A stretch of 63,163 nucleotides of DNA, the filler included, from Phoronis australis (Eukaryota; Animalia; Phoronida), in NCBI GenBank assembly GCA_002633005.1. It is 4 parts of 4 records of this genome, joined end to end, with 100 filler letters (N's around TTAATTAATTAA, not from the genome) between each part and the next. Parts side by side here need not be neighbours in the genome. Positions count along the whole stretch, not along the records: positions 1 to 19,998 come from NMRA01001433.1; 3 more parts are not named here. One strand, written 5' to 3'. Under the pieces are notes generated by a model. It saw nothing but the letters and a program-made list of their open reading frames with translations. It had not been told where the DNA came from and made no database searches. This document shows positions 1 to 12,795 of the stretch, one piece after another (positions within the stretch are counted from its first letter, which is position 1; every line of letters begins with the position of its first letter). The position numbers and the translations under genes are program-made.

Positions 1-2924
1 GGGTTGATCGTTAAGACTTGTACAGTAGTAGATACAGCCACTTGATGACTATTTCACTTATGCTGTGTGAACTTGAGTCAAATTGCCAGACACAGAAGAA
101 CCTGCTATATATTGATGCTGTGAGGTATGAGTTGACAGAGAAGAACACTGAAAATTGAGAGGTAATGGGGGGTGGAATTACCTTTTGTGGATCAGTTATG
201 AAAGTCTGGTGCCTTAAAAATATACAACTAGCAGGGATGAACCCATAATTGATAGTCATTGCGTCAGTTTGTAAATTCATTATCATTGATTAGTTTTGAC
301 CTGGTTATTGAATTTTGAATTTATTTACTGGTTTGGACCAGGGGTACACAAAGATGTAAAAGATCAGAATCTCAATGTTGCCAAGCAAAATGTTTAAAAA
401 CGGTGTTTTACAAACTGCTATGGCTCAGACAAGCGTTACACGCATCTAGTACAACTAGAACGAGAATTAACACCGTACTTCATGCAGGCCTCGATTAATG
501 CGCTGACGTGCCCCGTACCTGGCATGCTTGGAATTTCATACTTATTCAAAGCGCTGAATGAGTTATTCATTACGCTCAATTAAAGACAAGTTCACAGTCA
601 GTGCAAGGTTAGCAGCGCCATCATTTACTTGCTCCTTCGAACAATCTTCGAAAGTGGCCTTGCAGCAAGTAGGAAGTTTTCCTTCGCTTGAGATTTGACA
701 GCACGGGCGTGATTGGACGATATGAACTAATTAAAAGAACGCGTTGAATAAGAAATAGTATGTGTTCAATAAGCACAGAAATGTATAAGGTTAAGTACTA
801 GTCCACGAGAGCACCAACCATGAGCGGCCAAATTTGGTGAAAATCGGCTCATATGTAGTCCTATGGGATCTATAAACAGCGGTAAAATATTTCCTCAAAA
901 TATTGTGTTCTTCTCAAGTTATAGGTTCAAACACATTTTACGGTTTCGCAGCCATGTTTTCACGGTATAAAAACTGTCCAGTTTCAACTGTTCATATTTT
1001 TCCTTGAATGAAAGCTATTGATTTAGTATTCACTTGGCATTGTTTAGTGGTGCCTATAAATTGTTACACAGATGTCTTGAAACACGATTCCGATTTACCA
1101 CCCTCATTTAGTAGTTTTACTACACTGCCCCCCGTTATGCCATTTTGAGGTTGTGTTCAGTACACTGCTGTACCAAATCTGCCCCCACTGTTATGAGAAT
1201 GAAACTTAGCCAAAATGTTGACAAAACATGTTACTTTCATTGCATAAAATAAAAACTTTGTCAGCCAGTTTATTAGTTATACATTTTGGCACCCCAGGCT
1301 CAAATGTACTAAAATGAGAAATTGTCATATATCTGAGATCGATGCGTGAGCACCGTAAAATCCGATTGTCTTTCATATTTTTCGATATTTTGCAACAAGT
1401 TAGTTCCTCCTTAATGTTTTGAACGTTTTACTACTTATCACTTTGGGCTATAGTACCCCTAAATACCATACATGGCTCCATTTTGTAAAAAGCCGATTAT
1501 GTCCTCCGCAGTGAACAGGGTTAGACATGAACTCGACAAATGTAGGTTATTTTGATTTACAGTTGTTTTACTTTGCAATTTCCTCATGGGTATTTCTTCA
1601 CACATATTCAAGTCAGATTTTCTGTTGATCAAATGTTCATGCAATGCATTGTAATATCAAATGAATGATAAGTTTGGTGGCATGACCGCAGTTTTTCCCA
1701 CGACTTAAAACAAAAGACCGCAGAAATTTTCCTGACGAAATACCGGGTTTGCAGTTCTGTAAAAACATTCGAATGACAAGACAAACTCCACCACTGTCCA
1801 TGGCAACTCGTCGCATGTTTTTCGCCCATCGGTCCTATCATTGTTTTCCTTTGTTGTGTCATTGTTGGATATAACAACACAGGTCGCATGGATATAAAAC
1901 CTTGCGTACATCAGACCGTTGCCGATAAGTGCTCGTCATTATATCTTTATTATAACAACGGAAACAATGAAGATGCTAATCTATTGTTCTCTATGCGACC
2001 AGGTTTCCCGTGGATGACCACAGAAGAGGAATCCCAAAGTATCCACAAACAATGACCACGCACCTTAGTAACTATTACCGCGCACACGAATCCTTTCCGT
2101 GGAACCTAAACACCAAATTTTTATATCCGTGTATTGTGTTGTATTGCTCATGGTACGGGTTCAGACTCTGTTGTATTAAGATTCCAATCCCCAACCCTGT
2201 AATATGTAGTTTGAGTAAAATTTCTAGACAATGCAGGTTTATGGATTTATTCTCCTTCAAATGAAGAGTAAAAATCAAATTCTGCACAGGTTTTTTAAAA
2301 GTAATCACTTATTGGAAGATCACACATCTAAAAAATAAAACAATGTTTGACAATTTTATTCATTATCTTATTTGAAAATTGCCTACCTCACAGACAACTC
2401 ATCTAAGTTGAAAATATTCCTTGTGAAAAAATATAAAATACCAACCAGAGACTTGTGTACTACAGAATATGTTTTCGTAATACAATGCAAAGATAACTGT
2501 ACTGTCAAAAGTGCAAATATTATGACTCTAATAAAAAAATTGCCTTCTAGATCTTTTCAACACTCTAATTGCTACAGGACAGAGTCAACGACACAAAGCC
2601 CATAAAGTCAGGGAATTACATTTAAGGTGATGTAGTCTCACTGCGAATAAGTGATTTCGCAATATCCCTGACAACACTGGAAATCTCTTCTTCACAAACT
2701 TGAGGTAGCTGTATTTACCACATAAATGTTCTTATCAAAACTAACCACCAAAAAATGAAAAATTGGCATGTCGGTTCCAATTAGGCAACATTTTACAATG
2801 AAATGTCCATGAAAAATACTTTTGCAACATGGTTTGCAATACAATTGCCCTACGATTACAGTTGTACATACATACTAGACCAATAACAAAATTACCCATG
2901 GGAACCATAAAATGGTCAATTCGC

Positions 2925-3042
2925 CAAAAAAAACAAGGAGCCACCAGAGCTAATGTGCCAATACTTTTCAGTACTGCAACAAAAAAAACAAGGAGCCACC
3001 AGAGCTAATGTGCCAATACTTTTCAGTACTGCAACAAAAAAA
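2925..3042. repeat. 55-bp direct tandem duplication
   Basis: caaaaaaaacaaggagccaccagagctaatgtgccaatacttttcagtactgcaa occurs twice back to back. Confidence 0.9.
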
Positions 3043-3749
3043 TCCTTTGAAGTGGACAAAGTCACATAAACTCGCCTAAAATCACATAAAACAACTTTTG
3101 ATTTAGACATTTTACCATCACGAAATAGGTATTACTTCCAGGTCACTTTTGAGCAATTTCAGAACTTTGAAAGATCTGGCAATATGCAATCGCTAGAGAC
3201 CAGACTAATAGTGTGTGATTTTATACACACAGCATGGTCTCAAGGAATAGCAAGCCGTCAATTCGCTATAATTCCAGAAATCACTTCCCATCTGGATAAG
3301 GAAAAAACTGAGCAAAGTTTATAGAGGTAAATGGTCTAAATCAAAACTTATTACTTCCTGGACAGAATATGGGTTTACAACCCAGGTAGAAAGATAAGTT
3401 AACTAAACCAACCTAAATGCAACAGGGTCTCAAATTTCAGTAATATATACCCATTTACAAACAAAAATATATAATGGTAAATAAAATGCGGAAACATGAA
3501 TTCAGATCAATTATGCATCTTCAAGGAAAAGGAACAGTACAGTGGTCAGAAATCATCTAAATGTGATAGCCACACTGAGAAATCCTGTCAGACCAAAAAA
3601 TCCAGTGGCTAAACAAAATGAACAATGTACCATTACCATGTTGGACAGGATCATGATCCGTGCCTGGAGAAAAATTCAGTCTTAGACTAGGTAAATTTTA
3701 GATTTGTGCTGTTCACACAAGCAGTTCTGGTGCAAACAAAGCTTGCGAC

Positions 3750-5830
3750 AACACACAAGCCTACTTCCCTACACAGCTGTGCTGATACAATAATGCCCCC
3801 AATGGATTTAGTAGATCAGCCAGAGTATTTACAGGTCCAGCCACTGTACTGTTTCCTCCCTTTGAATTTTTACAATGCTACATCCTTGACAATCGCAGAT
3901 TGCCTCTTTCAATGCATACTCCACTTCCTCTGTCCCAGTTTCCCCACATTTGCTGAGAGTGGCCTATCTCAACAAATTACTTTGGACCTGTTGTGGTATA
4001 AGCCAGTAATCTTTGGCAAATACTTTTNNNNNNNNNNNNNNNNNNNNNNNNNNNNNNNNNNNNNNNNNNNNNNNNNNNNNNNNNNNNNNNNNNNNNNNNN
4101 NNNNNNNNNNNNNNNNNNNNNNNNNNNNNNNNNNNNNNNNNNNNNNNNNNNNNNNNNNNNNNNNNNNNNNNNNNNNNNNNNNNNNNNNNNNNNNNNNNNN
4201 NNNNNNNNNNNNNNNNNNNNNNNNNNNNNNNNNNNNNNNNNNNNNNNNNNNNNNNNNNNNNNNNNNNNNNNNNNNNNNNNNNNNNNNNNNNNNNNNNNNN
4301 NNNNNNNNNNNNNNNNNNNNNNNNNNNNNNNNNNNNNNNNNNNNNNNNNNNNNNNNNNNNNNNNNNNNNNNNNNNNNNNNNNNNNNNNNNNNNNNNNNNN
4401 NNNNNNNNNNNNNNNNNNNNNNNNNNNNNNNNNNNNNNNNNNNNNNNNNNNNNNNNNNNNNNNNNNNNNNNNNNNNNNNNNNNNNNNNNNNNNNNNNNNN
4501 NNNNNNNNNNNNNNNNNNNNNNNNNNNNNNNNNNNNNNNNNNNNNNNNNNNNNNNNNNNNNNNNNNNNNNNNNNNNNNNNNNNNNNNNNNNNNNNNNNNN
4601 NNNNNNNNNNNNNNNNNNNNNNNNNNNNNNNNNNNNNNNNAGATCAGCCAGAGTATTTACAGGTCCAGCCACTGTACTGTTTCCTCCCTTTGAATTTTTA
4701 CAATGCTACATCCTTGACAATCGCAGATTGCCTCTTTCAATGCATACTCCACTTCCTCTGTCCCAGTTTCCCCACATTTGCTGAGAGTGGCCTATCTCAA
4801 CAAATTACTTTGGACCTGTTGTGGTATAAGCCAGTAATCTTTGGCAAATACTTTTCCCCCCGACTTGTTCCTCAAGCTACAAATTCTCTTTGACACATCT
4901 TCTGGGAGTAGACTTTACGGCCTCTCTCTAGCCCCCTCACTTAGTTGTCCATAAGGGTACCTTCTTGCTGGTTGTGAACTTTTCCATACCCAACCTTTAC
5001 TAATAATCGGCAAGTCTCCAACTTCAGCAGAAGCCACTTCTTCAGCATAAGCCTTACCTGATTCCTAAAATTGTATTAATGAAAAAATTAAACATATTAA
5101 ACTTAATATGGCCATTTCGGCTCAGAAAATATGAATACCAAGCTAAAGTGAAAGCACCAATATTTTTGACGGCTTTAGCATGTTTAATTAACTTCATAAT
5201 CGCAGAAATTAATTGGCAGACATAACATACTCCCTAGTCTTTAAAAGTAGTTCATGTGCAGAAGTCATGTTACACATTTGGTGGTTGTTATGAAAAGTTA
5301 TGATGACTACCTATTTGCTACGCCAATGTATACATGTAGTTGCATAAACATCAACACATTTGAATAAGATATGATTAAGCACTAAGGCCCAAGTTATAAG
5401 CAATCACGGTGTGACAACAAAAGTATTTTTGCATGAATGACGTGCTTCTAAAAATATTCCTCGGGGTCAGACCCTTGAGTTTAGTGATTCCTACCTGAGC
5501 TCACACGAAGCAGGACGTTGAACCTTGACTTTACGTCTTTGGTCACTTTTCAGACCTCTATCAGGCTCTATCAGATTTCTCCTCTAGTGTGCAGTGGATG
5601 TTCTCAGTGTCTTTGGCGACAGCAATATATCTCGAGTGTTGTAACGATGATTTGGGCAATTGAACCTAATACGATAGATTATGTAGCTCCTGCTTCACAT
5701 AGTGCCTCCGAGGCAGACACTGAGACAGACTAGTCAGGAGGACACGTTCCACCTCCACATCAGCTCCACGTACTCTTATAAGATGCTTAAATGTCTCACT
5801 CTATACCTTGTGCATTTCCCTAGAGTTTCC
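3750..5830 (-). pseudogene. Decayed, internally deleted Sola3-like transposase remnant
   Basis: Minus-strand translation across stops and frameshifts gives N-terminal CPNHRY..LEIY...HPLH (about 5600-5670) and C-terminal KGWVWKSS..PEDVSKRI..KSGGKVFAKDYWLIPQQVQS (about 4800-5060). The C-terminal block parallels the G*ALKK..SQIGGFF block of the copy at 21830-23080. Element termini were not found. Confidence 0.6.
3813..4855. other. Assembly gap flanked by an identical 215-bp duplication (probable false gap or unmerged overlap)
   Basis: 3813-4027 is identical to 4641-4855 on either side of the N-run 4028-4640. Confidence 0.9.
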
Positions 5831-7264
5831 AAAGTTGTTTCCCTCCGCAATTTGTAGAAATACCACATTTGATTCGACTGGCAGTGCCAGATAAATAGAT
5901 TCGCAAACCCGAACTTTAGGTCAGCCATCATTCAACTAACGCATTGTAAGATTTAGTTTGGTATTCAGACGAATTGGATGAACAAATTTAGTATAATTTC
6001 ATATTTTATTGGGAAATGCGAGTGTCCTTAAAATTAATTAAAACATTTAAGAAAACCAATCGTTTTAATTGTTGTATTATACCACGGCATATTAATGCGT
6101 AGAAACGGCGCACAACTAGTGACTGGTTTAACATGACAAATACACATACGCGGTCTGAAAATAGTGAAATTCAGACACCTATTACCAAGCCTGCCTGAAG
6201 GGCTGACAAAGATTTTATTGTATTAATTTCAAGGGCATGGAGTCTTCTACATGTACATGTTATTATACTTAGTTTTCTCGCGGGGGCAGCTTCGCTATAA
6301 GGGTACAGCTTACTGCTGGTTTTTCACAAGAAGGAAATGTACCTCCACGGAAACAGTTCCAGTGTTACCATGGTAACAGATATTGCAGTGTCGGTGCCGC
6401 TTTTACTGACATTGGTCATGAACCTATCATGTGATATCAAAATTGTTCAGAAACGATTCTGTTTGAAGCAGAAACTGGAGTAGAAAATTTGGTCAAAAAT
6501 GACTCATTCCACACCAAGAAATTGCCTCATTTTGCCCCCAAGAACACTTCCCTTGTATCTCCTAAACCACCAAACTTTGTGGTGTCATACTTCACCCAAT
6601 TTCTCTCATCCCTAATGTGATTTATCAGACTAAACATGGATCTGAATGGCTGACCCCCACCTTGCCGCTTGTTGGCTGTACAGTGGTCGGTGGATCCGTG
6701 GACTGGATACTTAAGAACTGTTCTATCACATCTAATAAGTATAATACCACACGTTGATTACGCAAAAGTGCCGCACTTTTTGGAATAAGCCATTTCAATG
6801 GTACTCGTTTAAGAACCATTTGGCCCTTCATATCAAAGTCTTAGATATTACTCCTAAAGTATTTTTTATTGTACAAAATCAACCAAATAACCTGAAAACA
6901 AAAAACGTGATGCCGCCTGCCAACTTATCCAAATTCCAAATAATGGATGAAAACCTGGAGACTGTTAGACTTGTTATGTTTGGAGAGTCTGAACTGTTTG
7001 AGTACCTAGTGAAGTCCAGCCCTATTGTACAGTCACCGTTGTGAAAAATCGTACCTTAAGGCGGCACCCAGTGTCTATTCAGTGGGTAACAACACATTAA
7101 AAGTTGCATTTTCTGTTAAGATTTGATATTAAAGAAATAAGCTAACTTGACCACACGCTCAAAATCAATTTCACGCTAGTGGAATAAGCTCCCATTTGAA
7201 TGCTAAGTGAAACAATTTGTCATAAATGAAACCTGACTCGTCGACACTTGATGTCTGATTGCTT

Positions 7265-7345
7265 GTATCCTGGTCACGTCTGATGAATAGACGAGACGTC
7301 AAATTGAACCTTTTCATTTGTGTAGCGATTGTCCGTTTTTTTTGA
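7265..7345 (+). mobile_element. Solo Penelope pseudo-LTR fragment with degenerate hammerhead core
   Basis: tcctggtcacgtctgatgaatagacgagacgtcaaattgaac..gcgattgtccgtttttt aligns by eye with 53476-53555. Confidence 0.6.
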
Positions 7346-8499
7346 TTTTACTGTGTAAGAATTCAATTTCCAATACCGACTCACAGGCTATGCGTACATT
7401 TTTGAATTTGTAATTTTCTGGTTGCCCTGCTGGAGTCACGGACGGTTGCGATATTCTTTTTCGTAAGGGAAATATAATGCTTTCACGGTACCATACTTAT
7501 ATTACGTGACCAACTTTATGAGATTAAAAGACCAAATTCAATTTCCGTTTTTTCAACTATGCTGCAATACAGAGCAAAATAGGCCTGTAGCTTCATGAGA
7601 TAAACAGAAGACATTGTTGACGCTGTGGTCAACAAAAAATTGTAGAGCGACACAACAAGGTGTCGAAATCATAGTATCTGAAACCTTAGAGGAATGTAAA
7701 GCTATCATGAATAGATTATAACCAAGGAGTATACATAAGGCAACATACACAACCAACAAAAAGCATGCTGTCTACACAGGTATATGTAAACAGAAATAGA
7801 GACTCGTAAGACAAACATACAGATCTAATGCCTCTTGGCGCTTTCTGGGTTATGTATATTCATTGTATTCTGAAGATTTCGTAATAAACATTAAAAAAAG
7901 ACAAACATACATATAGATAAGTAACAGCAAACGGAGGCACTGTTAAAAGTAAACCTATATAACTTGAGGTAAAAAGATACTAATTAGAGAATAACCTGTA
8001 GTAGGTCATGAGGTAAATGAACAACAATTATAAAAAGGACTGGAAAAAGTGCCCGGGAGGGAGAACCCCGAAAAAAATGAATATCTACAATACTGAAGAA
8101 ACGAGAAGCATAGTGTTTGAAACAGAAATGTCTGTTATATCAACAGCGAGGACGATTTGAAAGTTACAGATTTTATCCCACTTTGGGACCGTAATGCTTG
8201 CCCCATATACACAAACTGGTAATTGGCGGGGTAATCTAACATTTCACAGTCTACCTACCTCATTTCAGCATTTTCAAAACAATTTGCCAACTTATACACC
8301 GGTAGTTAAGCGTACACCTTGTTGCAGTCAAAATTATATTGATATTAACTGGTATGTTGCTTCTAAACGACAAATAAACTTGGACAAGCTAAATATTATT
8401 TTATTCACATCAAAAATAAATTCTACATAATATGTAAACTAAGAACGTACGCAAATATTAATTTGGCCTCAGAAAAAAAAGCTGAGACATCCCGATATA

Positions 8500-8642
8500 C
8501 ATGGGCGGCGCAGCATTGAAAAAAGTGGGGACTAAAGCCCCCTCAGTCCCCTTGTGGCGCACTGCCTATAGACCATGTGCGGCGTAGCACTGAAAAAAGT
8601 GGGGGCTGTAGCCCCCCAGACCCCTATGGTGCACCGCCCATG
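8500..8642. mobile_element. Short hAT-like MITE, tandem dimer of about 73-bp units
   Basis: Two related units catg(g/t)gcggcg(c/t)agca(t/c)tgaaaaaagtgggg. The outer ends catgggcgg..ccgcccatg are inverted repeats. Confidence 0.55.
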
Positions 8643-10593
8643 TGATATCGCAATAGCGACTGCTGGCATTCAGTTTTCATCATCACATAAAATACGATAC
8701 ATATTCGCTATTGCCAAAACAATGCCACAATACCAAAGAACGATACACTAACAAAAACAATGCGAACTAGGCGAATAATTGATGTAAAAAGCAGTAAGCA
8801 ACCATCTGAAAGTGAAATCTCAAACAGACTTGCAATTATACGATTCTCGAAAAATATCAATTTCGTAACATAACTGCCACACACAAAATATACAACAACG
8901 CTATATAAAATATTTTTGGAGACTTGCAGAACACTCAGCCAGCGCAAGTGATATTAAACTGTTATAGTACATTTTACATTTTGTCAAACAGTTTTAAAAA
9001 GTATTGCGCCCCGGTGAGCAGTGTAAAACAGCCCTCGCGCCGATCTAGACGAGTAAAATTTATTCACCAATTAATTATACATTCGTTATCAATCTGGTTT
9101 TTCCCTGCACATTTGGACATGATGGAAAATTGCGTTCCTAAGATGGAAACGGGCTGCTTATTATATTTTCACTTACCAATAAATTGCCCAAAAAATTGTT
9201 TTAACCACTGTGCCCGGTAATTGAGGGGAAATTTGACCAAAAGTGGAAAATTAAAATATGAACGATCAATATGCGATGGTCGTGCGGTCAAATTCAGTCA
9301 CCTAAGTGATGGGCCTTCTATGTAAGCTTCTCCTGAGGTATTCCTCAACATCGCACAGAGACTGTAATTCTGTAGCGCTAGTCGTGTATGGCTTGTAACA
9401 CCTGTGACCGTTAAACGTCTGCTAACCGAATCACGACTGCGGACTCACCGTGTCAGTTCGTAGCAAAATTTCCAATGAGCTTACTTAGTATAGTCACTCA
9501 ATTTCATATGCCGCGGATGAGCAACGAACTTTAGCGGAAATACACGATCCTCGTTTCATAAACTCTGACTTACACTACCTGAAGTCGTGATCGAATGCTG
9601 AGAAGTAATAACTAACATCGAATTTCGTCTAAAAGTAAGCAGAGCAAATGACGATCACTTATTTTTTATTTTCATATAAGTTTACAATATTTAAATGCGT
9701 TTTTGTGACATTGGGAATTCTCCAACGGTGACACGTACTTCACTATGACGTTGAATAACCGGCGAGAGATCGATATATTGACAAATTGTAGACAAGTGAT
9801 ATTGTTTAAATTTAGTAAGGTATTGCGGGATCATTGACACCCCAAAAACTTACTGTAGTTTGTTTGTAATATTTCTGTAGTTTATAAACTTTAGACAGCT
9901 GGTACTTGCAACCCAATTCAACAACTTTCATTTCCATCTAACAATAACTGTTTAACTTTTCTTACAGCGCCTACTCGAAAACCACTGTTAACATGGACGC
10001 CAAAGAGATGAGTCACGCCTTCTTTAATCGGTGACGACACGTCTATCAAAGGATTGCAAAATTTGTCCTCAACTCAGCTGAAACTGAAACTGAAAGTCTG
10101 TGTTGTTAACGGAAACGATCAATCATAAAATCTACGGGGTCATGTAAAAGTATTGACAAAGTAGTGTTTGTTTAGTGAGATTTATTACGATAATTCTCCT
10201 AAATCCACTAGGGCTCTATATAACGGAGGATATCGACTTCGCCATGTAATAATCTATATTTATCGTTTTTGGATGGATTGTACGTCTTTGCGCCATCTAG
10301 TGGCCATTTTTATGATACAAATAAATAATCCTAAAAGCACACGATTTGCGATGCATTCGTGGGCGCATTTGAACGCTCCGCGTTGCTCTTATACATGTAG
10401 GTACTCCTCTGATACACCGTGAATCTAAAGTTTCCAATGTAACGATCCGTGTTGAATTTCTTGGTAAAGCCGTGAATCATCTAACATGCGATTGAACTTC
10501 AGTTGTATCGTTTTTGTCCGGCCTCAAGGTAATCAATACATTACGGAGCCTACACACAGTATCATTGTTCTGTGGTACTTCACATAAAAAATA

Positions 10594-11163
10594 CCGGGAT
10601 TTTCCATAGATAAGCCCATGGTTGTGTATTGGGAACATGAAAAATTTCAGGCGTTTTAGTAACCACCAAATAAACGCCCGTACGTTTATTCGGAAAAGGG
10701 GGGTGTCATGGTTTGGATTAAGAGGTTTCGTGACTTTGGATTTTTTCATTTAAAACTGTGTTTTTAAATGTAATGTTAATAAACGCATTGTTCGCCAACA
10801 CTTTTTTGTTCTTAGAAATGATAAATGCTCCACAAAACTGAATTTGTGACCAAAAGTTGACGCCGAGTGGGTTTCTATGAGGAAATTTCCCGAAAAACGT
10901 CTCACTATCAGGACACTTGACACCAGGGCTGGGTTACATAAATTTTCAAAGTTATCCGCTAAATAAATTTGATTGTTGCATGACGTCATGTGCATTGTTC
11001 AACAATAACAACGTGGCGCGTGGCGTCATGGTTGCTGTACGGCGTATGTCTTTTATGCAACTGGGCCCAAAAGCTGTAAACCAAATAAACAATCATGGGC
11101 GTTTATTCGGCATAATTTTCCGAATAAACGCCCATGGAGGGGCTTATCTACGGAAATTCCAAG
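10594..11163. mobile_element. Tc1/mariner-type MITE (TA-flanked)
   Basis: TA|ccgggattttccatagataagccc ... gggcttatctacggaaattccaag|TA imperfect TIRs, with internal taaacgccc/cgtttattcgg inverted motifs. Confidence 0.65.
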
Positions 11164-11961
11164 TAGTAAGTTTTACCTTTTTATGGTAAGTCAAAATCTT
11201 GCAACCCTCTACATTTCATAGCTTTTGTTAGTTGTGTGAGATTTTTGATGGGCGAATGATACACAAGTACAGGCTCGGGCTATGTGCGCCAGCGGTTTTA
11301 CCGTAAAATGACATGCAGACATGGTACACGTACAGTGTAGGAAGTTATTCGAATACACTTCTCTTTTGCCGACGTAGTGTAAGTCATTGTCGTGTTGTTC
11401 GAACACCTGTGCAAATGGATGTTCAATAAAATGTGATTTAATGTCTTCATTACTCAGACATTTTTCTGCTCGAGCAAACTGTTGACAGGGATAAAGCGGG
11501 TAGATTAAGGGGCCTCTGCAGCTCATTTTCATAAAGCTTACACGGGACATAATGATTTAACTGGATACACTCCGAGGTCACCAGTTCCGCTCAAATAAAC
11601 TTTGGCTACGGTTTCTGTCGTTTTTGTCAGTCAGTCACACATGTGCGAAGCTGTATACTAAATATACAGCTTTGCGTCGCTGTGATTAAAAATGGTCAAA
11701 TAAAATCGGACAAAAAATCTGTGTCACTAAAAACTACACTCTTCCTTGAGTAAACCAAATGATTTACCGGTGTTGGAAAATTGGCGTTCTACCAATATTC
11801 TAATGTTTAAATTGTAGTTCGATCTTTTGCGTACTAGGCTTTCGGCGGTATGAACTATTGCGTCACCTATTGGCCAGTTTGTTCTTTGGCCGATTTTTCA
11901 ATCAACTGTTATTTCACGGGGTTGCCTACTCGTCACAACAGAACTGGTTTCATTTCATTAT

Positions 11962-12114
11962 CAGAGCGGATCCAGGATTTTGAGTTAGGGGGGCCAGGGC
12001 AGACTATTAGCCAGGATTTTGCCTATCAGACATTCGCACCCCCGAACTTCCACATGGAATCTGGGATAATTTTAGGGGGGCAGGGCCCCATTGCCTCCCC
12101 CAAATGCTCTACTG
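11962..12114. mobile_element. hAT5-like MITE (short variant)
   Basis: cagagcggatcc..tctactg ends; flanks attat/attaa (4 of 5 match); homologous to the 12497 and 42437 copies. Confidence 0.65.
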
Positions 12115-12496
12115 ATTAATCATTTGTTAGAATTTTGTTACCAGCAAACCGAATTTCAAAATCTTGCTACTGCAAAGCTGTCATCATCTCCCGAGAAATG
12201 TTGCAAAATTAGGAAATGGCACGTGAGCCTGTTACGAGTGTACTGTTTTCAAAACGACGACATGTTTTTCATTGTTACACAAGGCGGAAAAATACGCAAT
12301 AAAACGACATTTACTAGATTGTTTTTTTCTTTTAAACGGCTGTAACGGGCCACTAGGTGAGTGACTCCCTTATTTTCAAGTGCCTGCACTCCCGCCGGTC
12401 TTTGGCTCTACGTGTTGATACACGGCGAAGTGAAGAGCAGAACACTGCCCGGCTGTATACAGTTTCGAGGTTTGTCGGAGCTCGACAACTCACAGT

Positions 12497-12795
12497 CAGG
12501 GGCGGATTCAAGATATTGAATTAGGGGGGCCAGGGCACAGGAATAACCAGAATTTCGGCACATGCGGGAGCCCAGCCTAAAATGTAGCTTTGCGTGGGTC
12601 TCAAATTTTTGGGTTTGCGGACCTTATTACTAACAAAAACGGTAAACGGGGTTTGTTCATTGTTTATTCGTCCCCCGAGCCCCCCTAGATGCGCGCATGT
12701 GCTAGTCAGCAATTCGCACCCGAACTGCCAAATAGTATTTGGTAGAATTTTAGGGGGCCATGGCCCCCTTTGCCCCCTCCCTAAATCCGCCACTG
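12497..12795. mobile_element. hAT5-like MITE, about 300 bp
   Basis: TIRs caggggcggatt / aatccgccactg; perfect 5-bp TSD acagt; colinear with 42437-42737. Confidence 0.85.

Noticed and set aside
3706-4893. Long ORFs (226-395 aa) here and at 18012-18894
   Set aside because: They are open only because they run through N-gaps; the repeated peptide comes from the duplicated overlap.
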